Shown here: piece by piece, positions 41,973 to 52,019 of the stretch | Layout of the letters: every line of letters starts with the position of its first letter | How positions within the stretch are numbered: position 1 is the first letter of the stretch | Assembly: GCA_965248265.1 (NCBI GenBank) | Contig: CBDFJF010000002.1 | Span: 1,504,001-1,568,000, forward strand | Reading direction: 5' to 3' | DNA length: 64,000 bases | DNA from: Candidatus Latescibacterota bacterium | GTDB taxonomy: Bacteria; Latescibacterota; UBA2968; UBA8231 | Program-made: the position numbers and the translations under genes | The notes under the pieces: model-generated | What the model was told of the DNA's origin: nothing | What the model saw: only the letters and a program-made list of their open reading frames with translations | Database searches by the model: none

Positions 41973-42719
41973 CTATGCCGCGAATGGGTGGGGAGTCACT
42001 CCGAAGTTCTTGTAGGAGTCGACTCCGCGCAGGAGGATGGGCTTCTGGGGGTGCACGGTCTTTTCTTCGGTTGGACGGACTTCGGGTCTGATGAAACGGA
42101 CGGTGAGGCCGCAACGGCGCCGGTCGGAGATGTTGGGGTTGCTGCAGTGGTAGGTCTTGCCGTCGTGGATGGAAATCTGACCCGCTTCCAGTTCCAGGTG
42201 CCTGACCTTTGACTTGTCGATGAGCTCATCCGGGATTTCCTGGTTGATACTGAGCAAGTTGCCGTCGCGTTCTGATTTTCCGTGTGGGGCGATGGTGCCG
42301 TTGATGTGGGAACCGGCGACCATTTGCATACAGCCATTTTCGCGGTCTGCTTTGTCGACAGCAATCCAGGCCGTGTGTGCTTCGGGCGGTTCGAGGCCCC
42401 AGTAGGTCACATCCTGGTGCCAGGCGACGAATTTTTTGCCTTCCTCCGGGCCCGGATACTTGCAGAAGAAGTGAGTCGCCAGCAGCATGACGTCGTTGCC
42501 AATGAGAGCCGAGATGGCATCGACGATGCGTTCGTCTGAGGCCAGTAGCCAGATGAATTCGTGCTCGAAGTGCCTCGACACCATGCCGATGGAGGTAGTC
42601 TCCCTGCCAAGACGTTCCTCGAGCTCATCGAATTGCTGCCGGTAGCCTGAGATCTCTTCAGGCGAGAAGATGTCGATGCCGGTGAGAAATCCATCTCTTT
42701 CGTATGCCGCTACGTCCAT
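41973..42719 (-). CDS. PhyH family dioxygenase
   Basis: YERDGF, WHQDVTYW, ENGCM..VAGSH, HCSNPN.SDRRR. Confidence 0.93.
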   Translation of the reverse strand: MDVAAYERDGFLTGIDIFSPEEISGYRQQFDELEERLGRETTSIGMVSRHFEHEFIWLLASDERIVDAISALIGNDVMLLATHFFCKYPGPEEGKKFVAWHQDVTYWGLEPPEAHTAWIAVDKADRENGCMQMVAGSHINGTIAPHGKSERDGNLLSINQEIPDELIDKSKVRHLELEAGQISIHDGKTYHCSNPNISDRRRCGLTVRFIRPEVRPTEEKTVHPQKPILLRGVDSYKNFGVTPHPFAA

Positions 42720-42821
42720 GTGTGGGTGTTCCCGTGTTCATGGGGTTGAGAAGTAGGCAGTGCAAGTCTAAGAACTTAGGGAAAGGATCCAGATGTTCAA
42801 CGCGAGGTGTCCGTCCCCATG

Positions 42822-43505
42822 CTACCACTGATGGTCGATGTCCACATTGTCACCCTTGCCCCCTGCCATTTCCTTTTCAGCGATCCAACTTGTGACGTCG
42901 GATAGCGTTTTCAGATCGACGTCATCAAAGGGAGTCGTGCGCCTGCGCTCGACCCAATGTTTGAACGCTGTCAGAAGCTTCCGGGCATGTATGTGGTCGC
43001 CGGATGCCAGTTTGTCGTACGCCTGCTGCGCCTCCTGGACGCGGTTCAACTCAAGATAGGCCTCCCCACGGTACTCGATCGCCTCAGCGTAATCGGGAGC
43101 CAGCTTGAGGCATGACTCGTAGGCTTTCAATGCCTGCTCGTATTTTCCGAGCTTTCGATAGGCGTAGCCCAGACTGCTGAAGGCTTCATGAAAACGGGGG
43201 TTCTTGTCGACGGCGGCCAGCTGCTGCGCAACAGCCTTCCCGTACTCCTTGCTGGCTTTCTCGAGCCTCTTCTTCCGGTTCTTTTCCTTCTTCTCCGTGG
43301 CTGCCTTCGACTCGTGCTTCCAGGCCTTGTCGCGGTGTTTCAAACCCTTGTTGTAGTGCTCGATGGCCTGCTGTGCGGGACTTGGCTCCTCGGCCTTCTT
43401 CGGCGCTCCGCCGGCAGCCAGAGCTTGGTCTGTGAGGCCGCCTGACAATGAGATGAAGGCAAGGATGAAGACGAGGATGAACGGCAGGACGATCGCTTTG
43501 GTCAT
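42822..43505 (-). CDS. Exported tetratricopeptide repeat protein
   Basis: Signal peptide; EAFSSLGYAYRKLGKYEQAL, EAIEYRGEAYL. Confidence 0.88.
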   Translation of the reverse strand: MTKAIVLPFILVFILAFISLSGGLTDQALAAGGAPKKAEEPSPAQQAIEHYNKGLKHRDKAWKHESKAATEKKEKNRKKRLEKASKEYGKAVAQQLAAVDKNPRFHEAFSSLGYAYRKLGKYEQALKAYESCLKLAPDYAEAIEYRGEAYLELNRVQEAQQAYDKLASGDHIHARKLLTAFKHWVERRRTTPFDDVDLKTLSDVTSWIAEKEMAGGKGDNVDIDHQW

Positions 43506-43522
43506 TGAATGCTCCTACGTAG

Positions 43523-44146
43523 CTAGGGTGTACGCCAGTTCTCCGGAAAACGAGCTGGAACCCACTCCCGTGGGTACTGCCAATCGAGCCAGCGGCCCAG
43601 ATGCGCCAACCGGTCACGCTCTATGCGCGCTACTGCCTCTGCCTTGGCGTTCTCGACCCCTTCGATGTAGGCGTCCGTGAAGACACCCGAGGCCAGGGCA
43701 TCTTCCCAGTCATCCTCGTCCTTCCAGTGCCAGTCGAATGTCGGCGGCACGATGATGTCGAGGTCGAGATCGAGAGTGTCGAAACCGGCGTGAGAGCGAG
43801 TGAACGGAACCTGGAAATTCACGTAGTAACTGATGAACTCGCCGGTAGCCGTGCTCCAGAACATGGCGAGTGCGTAATAGCGCTCGGGCTCCAGGAACCA
43901 GAGCACGCGGGTCCGCCCCCAGGGTCTCGATACCAGGTCCCAACTGCCACTCTTCACCGCTTCCCAACGGAGGGCGCCATCCTTCTTGTGTCCGGAGCTG
44001 GTTGCGAGTTGGCGCTCACACCCGGGAATGACTAGCAAGACTGATTGTTCGGGAGAGTCCTCGACGACGGTCGCGGCGGTTGCACTCCAGATGCCGCCGT
44101 CTATTACACCTCGTATGGCTACGTGCGTGCCCGGGGCGTGACTCAT
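43523..44146 (-). CDS. DUF402 family protein
   Basis: YYVNFQVPF...FDTLDLDLDIIV...WKDEDD. Confidence 0.85.
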   Translation of the reverse strand: MSHAPGTHVAIRGVIDGGIWSATAATVVEDSPEQSVLLVIPGCERQLATSSGHKKDGALRWEAVKSGSWDLVSRPWGRTRVLWFLEPERYYALAMFWSTATGEFISYYVNFQVPFTRSHAGFDTLDLDLDIIVPPTFDWHWKDEDDWEDALASGVFTDAYIEGVENAKAEAVARIERDRLAHLGRWLDWQYPREWVPARFPENWRTP

Positions 44147-44262
44147 GGAATCAGCAACACAGATGGATCGTCATGGACAATGTTTCAGATTGCTTAGGTA
44201 GAGATGGGTAGATCACCATCAGTCGGTACACGGTTGTTCTAAAATGTCCCGGCGCCGACTGA

Positions 44263-44280
44263 TTGTCGAGGGCTCGACAA
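44263..44280. promoter_or_regulatory. Palindrome TTGTCGAG-GG-CTCGACAA in a divergent intergenic region
   Basis: Perfect 8-bp arms. Confidence 0.4.
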
Positions 44281-44344
44281 CACAGACGCGTTAAGGCACT
44301 ATTGGATCCTTGGTGCTGCCAACGCGATCCCAGGATCTACTGTC

Positions 44345-44956
44345 ATGGCCATAACCTACAGCTTCGACTCTGAAGAGCCCGTCAAAGCGGTCAGAGTGTC
44401 AGATATCTCTGAGGGCGACGCCGATGTTCCGGAACGAGTATGGCAGGGAGAGTGGGCATCTGAATATCCGCTCAACACCTTCCATCTGAGCCAGGATGGT
44501 GGCGGCGCTAACGGCTCGCCGGGATATCTCGTGCTGCCGGTGTGTGATGCACCTGAGTTCTATGCGGAGTCAACACCCCAGTGGTGGGAGCAAACGACGA
44601 CCTTCGATCTGCGCGGAACCCGAGCCTCGTTCTATCTCAAACAGATTGCGCCCATCACGGTAAACGAGGGGTATGGACCGCGATTGTTCATCGCAGACTA
44701 CGAGCGCGGCCATGGGTACTGTGGATGGGACCTGCGAGCGCAAATCGTCGTCGGCATCGAGGATTGGGTCTTCAATGAGGTCGAACTCGTTAATGATGAG
44801 TCGGCCTGGGCGCGTTATTCGAACGAGCGTGACCTCGACCAGGTCCTTTCCCGGGTCGGCTTCATCGGCATTCGCTACGGGGTGGATCACGGGCGCAAGG
44901 GAGTCGGAGCCACGGGAGCGCTCGGCATCGACGAGTTCACTTACGATCTGAGGTAG
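44345..44956 (+). CDS. Hypothetical protein
   Basis: 203-aa ORF with coding-like codon usage, stop 2 bp before the next start. Confidence 0.7.
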   Translation: MAITYSFDSEEPVKAVRVSDISEGDADVPERVWQGEWASEYPLNTFHLSQDGGGANGSPGYLVLPVCDAPEFYAESTPQWWEQTTTFDLRGTRASFYLKQIAPITVNEGYGPRLFIADYERGHGYCGWDLRAQIVVGIEDWVFNEVELVNDESAWARYSNERDLDQVLSRVGFIGIRYGVDHGRKGVGATGALGIDEFTYDLR

Positions 44957-44958
44957 GG

Positions 44959-46341
44959 ATGGACTCGATCCTGAATATCGCGTCTCGCGTTGAACCCTTT
45001 GTAGACGACTGGCTTATCGATCGAATGCGGAACGTCGGTCTACGCCTCCACCATCCAGTGGCGCGCGAGGTGTCGTTCCAGTTCGACCAACCCTGGGAGG
45101 GGTCGTCGAGCATTTTTCTGCGCGTCATGAAGGACGGCGACACCTATCGCAACTGGTACCGGGCAGGGGCGGATGCCGATCAATTCCCGGCCTATGCCCA
45201 GAGCGCGGACGGGATCCACTGGACTCGTCCCGACCTAGGCCTCGTCGAATACGCCGGCTCGCGACACAACAATCTCCTGTTCGATCTTCCTGACGTTGCC
45301 AATTTGAGTGTGTTTCGCGACGACAATCCTGCGGCTGTCGATAGGGAATGCTACAAGGCGATCGCGATCGGTCCGAAGGTGGACGGCAGGCGGACGGTAC
45401 GTGGATTGATATCGCCAGATGGTCTTGAGTGGGCGATCCTCGACAAGGATCCCATACTGGTGGCACCGCCCGATCGCTGGCCGATGTTCGATTCACCAAA
45501 CGTCGCGTTCTGGGATGGGGTTCAGCACCAGTACGTCGCCTACTTGCGTGGATGGGTTCCAGGTCCACCTGACGTTGTGTCCGATCACGACGGTGGAGTG
45601 CGCACGATCCGGCGCAGCACCTCCGATGACTTTAGAACATGGTCTGAACCCGAGTTCATCGACATGGCGGACGCACCATTGGAACACCTGTACACCAACG
45701 CCTGCACGCCTTATTTCCGAGCACCCCACATCTATGTCATGTTCCCGCGCCGCTTCGTTCTGGGCCGCAAGGTTCACGATGAGTGGGAAGAAGACGGGCT
45801 GTCGGATGTCGTGTTTATGACCAGCCGTGACGGGGTCCGTTGGGATCGACGATTCATGGAGCCGTTCATTGCACCCGGCCTGGACGGGAACAACTGGAAC
45901 GACCGCAGCCTGACGGTCGGAGTCGGGCTGGTGCCCACGGGTGCGAACGAGATGTCGCTTTACTACAAGGAGCACAACCGGCTACCCACCTCCCGCATGC
46001 GGCGGGGAAGCCTGCGAACGGATGGGTTTGCCTCGATCAACGCTGGTTACACCGGTGGGGAGTTCGTGACAAAGGCGCTGATTTTCGATGGCCGGGAGCT
46101 GGCCATCAACTACAGTACATCAGCGGTGGGCAGCATTCAGGTAGAGATTCAGGATGAGCACGGAGCGCCTCTGCCTGGATTCGGCCTGAAAGACTGCACG
46201 CCGATCTTCGGCGACGAGATCGAGCGTGTCGTTCGCTGGAAGGAGGTGGGGGATCTTTCCGGTCTGGCTGGGCGGCCCGTACGCCTGCGCTTCGTCATGG
46301 ACAAGGTCGCGGATATCTACTCATTGCGATTCAACCCGTAG
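44959..46341 (+). CDS. Beta-propeller glycoside hydrolase-like protein (GH32/43/130-like fold)
   Basis: YAQSADGIHWTRPDLG, SDDFRTWS, SRDGVRW, LRTDGFAS. Confidence 0.78.
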   Translation: MDSILNIASRVEPFVDDWLIDRMRNVGLRLHHPVAREVSFQFDQPWEGSSSIFLRVMKDGDTYRNWYRAGADADQFPAYAQSADGIHWTRPDLGLVEYAGSRHNNLLFDLPDVANLSVFRDDNPAAVDRECYKAIAIGPKVDGRRTVRGLISPDGLEWAILDKDPILVAPPDRWPMFDSPNVAFWDGVQHQYVAYLRGWVPGPPDVVSDHDGGVRTIRRSTSDDFRTWSEPEFIDMADAPLEHLYTNACTPYFRAPHIYVMFPRRFVLGRKVHDEWEEDGLSDVVFMTSRDGVRWDRRFMEPFIAPGLDGNNWNDRSLTVGVGLVPTGANEMSLYYKEHNRLPTSRMRRGSLRTDGFASINAGYTGGEFVTKALIFDGRELAINYSTSAVGSIQVEIQDEHGAPLPGFGLKDCTPIFGDEIERVVRWKEVGDLSGLAGRPVRLRFVMDKVADIYSLRFNP

Positions 46342-46398
46342 GTGCGCAGCGATAGCAACCATGCACGACGCGCGACGGGCGGTTCGCGCAGGGATCCG

Positions 46399-47982
46399 CT
46401 ATTGCGGCGTACCCCGGCAACCCGGACAAAGAGGGTTGGCCAGATTCCGTTCTGGTGTTCCGTCCGCAAACTGGAAGGCGTAGAGGGCAGTGTTGGTCAG
46501 GTGGAAACGCAATCGCACAGGCTGCACCAGGTCCGCGATCGCGGAACGGCCGAGCCAGGTAACCGTGTGGTTGAGCTCGTCTCCCGTAAACGTATCGCAG
46601 TCTTTCCGGGCGTACCCCGCCACCGGCCGGCCCTCGGCATCGAGCACTTCGACCTCCAGGGTCCCATAGGGAGTAGGAGAGTCGTGACTCCCGGAGAACC
46701 CATCTTCGGGCGTTCTGGCATTTACCGACAGACGGTTCCCGTCGAACAGCAACGGCCTCGTCGTCAGCGAGCCGCCTTTCTGGTCACCATCCATCGACGC
46801 AAACCCGTCCAAGCGCATCCTGGCCAGGCCGATGGCGTGCCCCATGCGTTGACCGTCTTGGACCGTATTGGCGATGTCGTGAAGCGGATGATCGGTACCG
46901 GTGGCGCCCATGGGCATGTTGCTGCCCGAATAGAACAGGAACAACTCGCTGTCTTTGACGATCGGCTTCGTCAATCCGATATGGTCACGATCCCAGGTAC
47001 CCCAGAGCCCAGGGCGCATGAACTCCCAATGAGGCTGTAGCCGATGCCAGCCGGTGCCGTCCCGGCTGAAAACCAGTTCGGTGCGATACTCCGCGAAGGA
47101 ATCGGAATAGACAGTCTCCCATAGATCAGGTGGGACGTCATTAGTGTCGTAAGCGGTAGTCGAGTCGACGAAGCCGACGTACAGATCATCCGTGTACAGC
47201 AAGCCGGCCAGGTCGATGCCGTGACTCGGGTTCCAGTTCGGAGGATCTGCCTCGGCACGGGTAAGAGCCTCAGCGGTATCACCCCACGTTTCGAAATCGG
47301 GACTGGATGTGCGCATGACGGCCTGGCGGGTTCGTGTGCTGCGTCCGTCGATATTGACGGTGATCCGGCCATCCTTGCGGTGATAGTGGACGAACTCCCG
47401 AAGTTTGGGGTCCCAGCCGAAGAGGATTCCGTTGGGAGCTATCGGTCGATCGAAGCGGGTCGGCTCACCGACATTCAGTTGCCAGTGGATGCCGTCGGCG
47501 GAGTATCCCTGGCACAGCGCCCAGCGTCCGTCGATGCTGTCCATGTAGAGCATCTTGTAGCGCCGGCCGGGGTCGGACTCCTCGTAGTCCAGGATCAGGT
47601 TGGGGCGCCGGATCTGCTTGTCGGTGCCGATGGCTGGCGGCAACAGGTTGTTGCGGGTCGAGCCCTCATGGTCGACGAGACCGAGCTCTGGCCGCTCCCA
47701 TGCGAGGCCGTCTTCCGAGATGGCATAACAGGCGCGGTAAAGGCCATCCGTCGAGGTGCGATACCACATCTTGAAGACGTGGTCCTCCTCGTCGTAGAGC
47801 ACTGTCCCTCCGTACAGATGGATGCCGCCACCAGACAGTTCCCACGGCTGCTCCGGCTCGAGAACCGGATTGTCTTCGAAGCGTCGCGGTCGGTGTAGCC
47901 GTCTTTCGACACCGTCAACACGCTCGATGACGCGATCATCGAGAAAGAGCTGGCGGGTGGTACCGACAGTGATGGATTCCAT
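46399..47982 (-). CDS. Beta-propeller glycoside hydrolase-like protein
   Basis: RQLFLDD, YAISEDGLAWERPELG, SADGIHW, SRDGTGW, MRLDGFAS. Confidence 0.78.
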   Translation of the reverse strand: MESITVGTTRQLFLDDRVIERVDGVERRLHRPRRFEDNPVLEPEQPWELSGGGIHLYGGTVLYDEEDHVFKMWYRTSTDGLYRACYAISEDGLAWERPELGLVDHEGSTRNNLLPPAIGTDKQIRRPNLILDYEESDPGRRYKMLYMDSIDGRWALCQGYSADGIHWQLNVGEPTRFDRPIAPNGILFGWDPKLREFVHYHRKDGRITVNIDGRSTRTRQAVMRTSSPDFETWGDTAEALTRAEADPPNWNPSHGIDLAGLLYTDDLYVGFVDSTTAYDTNDVPPDLWETVYSDSFAEYRTELVFSRDGTGWHRLQPHWEFMRPGLWGTWDRDHIGLTKPIVKDSELFLFYSGSNMPMGATGTDHPLHDIANTVQDGQRMGHAIGLARMRLDGFASMDGDQKGGSLTTRPLLFDGNRLSVNARTPEDGFSGSHDSPTPYGTLEVEVLDAEGRPVAGYARKDCDTFTGDELNHTVTWLGRSAIADLVQPVRLRFHLTNTALYAFQFADGTPERNLANPLCPGCRGTPQ

Positions 47983-48042
47983 GCGGTTTCGTTTTGAGTA
48001 CGCTCGCGATTGCGGGAAAGATTATCGATAGTATAGTCCGGA

Positions 48043-50790
48043 ATGACACTCATGGACCAAAACCACTCCAACACCGAAACCAACGACGCCGCACTGCGGC
48101 GGGACATCCGCGAACTCGGGCAGCTCCTGGGTGACGTGCTTCGAGAGCAGTGGGGGGACGAGTTCTTTGACCTAGTGGAGAGTGTGCGGCAAGGATCTCG
48201 TTCCATCCGAGTCTCCGAGGACGAGATCGACCGGACGGCGCTGTTCGACCGACTCGACACGTCTTCCACCTGGGAGATCGTGCGGCTGGTCCGGGCATTC
48301 ACCATCTATTTCCATATTGCCAATACCGCAGAACAACACTACCGGGTGCCGCCCGGACTCACGCAATCTGGTTACCAGATCTCCCAAGTCATCGAGCGAG
48401 TGATCGCCGCCGGGGTAACCCCTCAGCGGATCGCTGATTTCGCGAAGCAAGCTCACATCCGTCCCGTTTTCACCGCTCACCCAACGGAGTCAGCTCGACG
48501 ATCCATTCTGAGCAAGCTCCAGGCCATGGACGGTCCACTCGCACGCCCGGCCGGCCCAGACGGCCGTGACGCCGCGTGGCGCCGGCGCATGGTCGAATTG
48601 ATCGAGGGGATCGTGCAGATCGACGAACTGCGACAGAGCAGACCGGGTCCGCTCGATGAAGCCAGAAACGTCCTCTACTACCTGGAGCAGCTGGCGCAGG
48701 GTACGGTCGCCGAAGTGGTGGAGCAGTTCTTCGAATCACTGCATGATCAAGGGGTCAACACCACCGATCTACCCAGTCCGTTGCGCTTCGGCACCTGGGT
48801 TGGTGGCGACCGTGACGGCAATCCGCAGGTGACGGCAGAGATGACGCGTCGCGCGCTGGCGTTGTACAACCAGCGCGCGCTGCGGACGCTCCGAGAAGCA
48901 ATCAGGGCGTTGGCGACCGATTTGGGCCAATCGACGCGGATCGTCGAAATCTCGGAGGAATTGCGCCAGTCGCTCGAGGGCGAACGGGTCGAAATGCCCG
49001 AGATTTACGAGGAGTATCACCGGCTCGACGAAGAAGAACCATACCGGCTCAAGTGCGCCTACATGTTTCAGCGCATACAGAATCAGCTCACCACCGCCAT
49101 CGACTGGGTGACGCCTGACGGTCCGGGCTACGGCGATACCAGTGAGATGCTCGATGATCTCTACATCATGCGCCGCTCTCTCGAGCAGAATCGCTCCGTT
49201 CACGTCGCGCGCGGACCGCTGCGGCGGGTCATCACGCTGGTCCAGACCTTCGGCTTTACCATGGCACAGATGGACGTGCGCGAGGACTCCAGCGAGACGA
49301 ATGCCGCCATGGACGAGTTGATGACGCAATCGGGTGCCACCGAAACACCGTTCGGTGAGTTGAGCTCGGATGAACGGTCGGTGGCTCTATCGGCGGAGCT
49401 TGCGAGTCGGAGACCGCTGCACAGTACGGCAGCCAAACTATCCGACCGCACGCGTGAGATCCTGGCCGTGATGGAGACCGTGCGCGACGCGCAGGACCGC
49501 TTCGGCGAAGATGCCATCGACACCTGGATCATTTCCATGACGAGAACCGCGGCGGACATGAAAGCGGTCCTCGTGCTGTCACGCGAAGCGGGCTTGACGC
49601 TGCCTTCCGAGGGCGTGGCGCGGCTCAGGGTAGTGCCCCTGTTTGAGACCATCGAAGACCTGCGCAATGCGGCTTCGATCATGGAGGAGTTCTGGTCGGA
49701 TTCCGAGGTCCGCAAGGTCATCGCGGTGCAGGGTGACGCCTGCGAAGTGATGCTGGGCTATTCGGATTCCAACAAGGACGGTGGCATAACGACCTCACAA
49801 TGGGAGCTCTACAAGGCACAACGGGAACTTCGTGATCATGCCGCCAGGCACGGAATCAGGTTGTTTCTGTTCCACGGCCGCGGGGGTTCCGTCGGCCGCG
49901 GTGGCGGACCCACGCGCGAGGCCATTCTGGCTCAACCGTCCGGCACCGTGAACGGCATGATCAAAATCACCGAGCAGGGCGAGGTGATCTCGGATCATTT
50001 CGGCAACCGTCGAATCGCGGAATCGCAACTCAACCTGATGATCTGTTCGGTCACCGAGGCCTCGCTGCTGCACACCGAGCCGCGTTACTCGAAAGAGGAA
50101 ATTGCCAAGTGGGCGGCCGCCATGGAGACCATCTCCGCTGATGCGCTGACGGCTTACCGGGGGTTGGTCGAGACCGAAGGCTTCGTCGAGTACTTCACCA
50201 CCAGCACACCGGTCGAGGAACTCGGCTCGATGAACATCGGGTCACGCCCGGCCCGGCGCGGCGGCAAGACCGACGGGCTCTCCAGTCTGCGAGCCATCCC
50301 ATGGGTCTTCGGATGGACCCAGTCACGCCAGATCATCCCCGGATGGTTCGGTCTCGGAACGGCCCTCGAGAGTGCGTCCGGAAACCGGGGCAACCTGGTT
50401 GACGAGATGTACGCCGAGTGGAGCTTCTTCCAGACCCTGGTGTCGAATGTCGAGATGGCACTGGTGAAGACCGACATGGAGATTGCCCAACGTTACGTGG
50501 AGGTGCTGGTCGATCCCTCGCTGCACCATATTTTCGAGGTGATCCGCAACGAATTCGAGCGTACCATTCAGGAAGTGCTGAGGGTCACGGGGCAGGCGCA
50601 GCTTCTTGATCGCATCCCGGTGCTTCAGCGCACATTGAACGTGCGCGCCCCCTACATCGATCCGCTCAACTACCTGCAGATTTCGCTGCTCGCCCGCAAC
50701 CGCGGTGACCAACCGGTGGATCCACTGCAGGAAAGGGCCCTGTTGTTGACAGTCAACGGCATCGCAGCAGGTCTCAAGAACACGGGCTAA
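48043..50790 (+). CDS. ppc: Phosphoenolpyruvate carboxylase
   Basis: VFTAHPTE, WVGGDRDGNP, VMLGYSDSNKDGG, FHGRGGSVGRGGGP, LRAIPWVFGW, GLKNTG. Confidence 0.98.
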   Translation: MTLMDQNHSNTETNDAALRRDIRELGQLLGDVLREQWGDEFFDLVESVRQGSRSIRVSEDEIDRTALFDRLDTSSTWEIVRLVRAFTIYFHIANTAEQHYRVPPGLTQSGYQISQVIERVIAAGVTPQRIADFAKQAHIRPVFTAHPTESARRSILSKLQAMDGPLARPAGPDGRDAAWRRRMVELIEGIVQIDELRQSRPGPLDEARNVLYYLEQLAQGTVAEVVEQFFESLHDQGVNTTDLPSPLRFGTWVGGDRDGNPQVTAEMTRRALALYNQRALRTLREAIRALATDLGQSTRIVEISEELRQSLEGERVEMPEIYEEYHRLDEEEPYRLKCAYMFQRIQNQLTTAIDWVTPDGPGYGDTSEMLDDLYIMRRSLEQNRSVHVARGPLRRVITLVQTFGFTMAQMDVREDSSETNAAMDELMTQSGATETPFGELSSDERSVALSAELASRRPLHSTAAKLSDRTREILAVMETVRDAQDRFGEDAIDTWIISMTRTAADMKAVLVLSREAGLTLPSEGVARLRVVPLFETIEDLRNAASIMEEFWSDSEVRKVIAVQGDACEVMLGYSDSNKDGGITTSQWELYKAQRELRDHAARHGIRLFLFHGRGGSVGRGGGPTREAILAQPSGTVNGMIKITEQGEVISDHFGNRRIAESQLNLMICSVTEASLLHTEPRYSKEEIAKWAAAMETISADALTAYRGLVETEGFVEYFTTSTPVEELGSMNIGSRPARRGGKTDGLSSLRAIPWVFGWTQSRQIIPGWFGLGTALESASGNRGNLVDEMYAEWSFFQTLVSNVEMALVKTDMEIAQRYVEVLVDPSLHHIFEVIRNEFERTIQEVLRVTGQAQLLDRIPVLQRTLNVRAPYIDPLNYLQISLLARNRGDQPVDPLQERALLLTVNGIAAGLKNTG

Positions 50791-50808
50791 CGGTCGGAAG
50801 GTGGGTAC

Positions 50809-51978
50809 ATGAAAAAGTCCTACAAGACTGCGATCATCGGATGCGGAGGTATCGCCCACGCCCACGTCGAGGGATATCAGCAAATCGATCAGGTTGAGAT
50901 CGTCGCCGTAGTCGATCCGCACGCTCCCGCTTGTCAGATCTACATGGATACTTATGGAATTCCTGCAGGTTACGCTGCGGTCGAAGACATGCTGGAAAAA
51001 GAAAAACCCGACATCGTCAGTATCTGCACCTGGCACCTGCTGCATCCACAGGCCACGATCGCGGCGGCGCGGGCGGGTGTGGCCGGGATAATTTGCGAAA
51101 AGCCGATGGCCATCGGAGCTGCAGCCGCAGACAGCATGGTCGAAGCGTGTGAGGCGAGTGGGACCAAGTTGGTCATCGGCCATCAGCGCCGCTTCACGCC
51201 GGGTTGGCAAAAGGCACGAGATCTGGTCGCGGAGGGCGCAATCGGTCAGCCGATCCTCGCCAAGAACCGAGTCGCCGAGGGGTTGATGAACTGGGGCACA
51301 CATACGATTGACGGTACTCGTTTTGCTCTCGGAGATCCGGTTCCTGACTGGGTCTTTGGCGCGGTCGAACGCAAAAGCGATCGTCACGAGCGTGACGTCG
51401 CCATCGAAGACGCGTGTATGGGGCTGGTTCATTTCAACAATGGAGCGGAGCTTCTGGTCGAGTCGGATCTTGAACGCGAGGGAGCGGCGGCAGGATGGTT
51501 TCAGATCCAGGGATCGGAAGGGCTGATGGAGGCGAGTGAGCGGTGCCTTCGCCTGTTCAATGCTACTTCGAGTGGGTGGTCGGATATCGATCTTCGGCTC
51601 GAGGACGGGGACAAGGAGATCGGAGGGAACACGAACGCCAACCAGGTCAGAGAGCTGATCGCGTGGATCGAGGGAGGTCCGGAGCACCGTGGATCGGGAC
51701 ATGAGGCCCGTGTTACGGTCGAGATCATGATGGCGATCTACGAATCGGCGCGACGCCATAGCGTGGTACGGTTTCCGCTGAGCGAGCGAGAGTATCCACT
51801 CGATCTGATGATCGCCGAAGGGAAACTTCCACTCGAAGCGGAGGGAAGGCATGACATCCGGGGATTCCTGACGCGGGATGCCGTCGATGAGGCCGCGTAC
51901 AAAAAACTGTGGTCGCAGGGAGTGCCGCACCATGAGATCATGAGACAGCTGAACGAATGGGACGATGCTACGGGATGA
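50809..51978 (+). CDS. Gfo/Idh/MocA oxidoreductase
   Basis: IIGCGGIA, CEKPMA, HQRRF, WGTHTID. Confidence 0.93.
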   Translation: MKKSYKTAIIGCGGIAHAHVEGYQQIDQVEIVAVVDPHAPACQIYMDTYGIPAGYAAVEDMLEKEKPDIVSICTWHLLHPQATIAAARAGVAGIICEKPMAIGAAAADSMVEACEASGTKLVIGHQRRFTPGWQKARDLVAEGAIGQPILAKNRVAEGLMNWGTHTIDGTRFALGDPVPDWVFGAVERKSDRHERDVAIEDACMGLVHFNNGAELLVESDLEREGAAAGWFQIQGSEGLMEASERCLRLFNATSSGWSDIDLRLEDGDKEIGGNTNANQVRELIAWIEGGPEHRGSGHEARVTVEIMMAIYESARRHSVVRFPLSEREYPLDLMIAEGKLPLEAEGRHDIRGFLTRDAVDEAAYKKLWSQGVPHHEIMRQLNEWDDATG

Positions 51979-52019
51979 GGTTGCTCACCGTCACGAGCTG
52001 GGCGAGAGTGTGTGTGCGC

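Noticed and set aside
50323-51933. 536-aa minus-strand ORF and other long antisense ORFs (for example 34414-35457, 30478-31485, 39069-40124)
   Set aside because: Shadows of well-supported genes on the opposite strand in GC-rich DNA; no motifs
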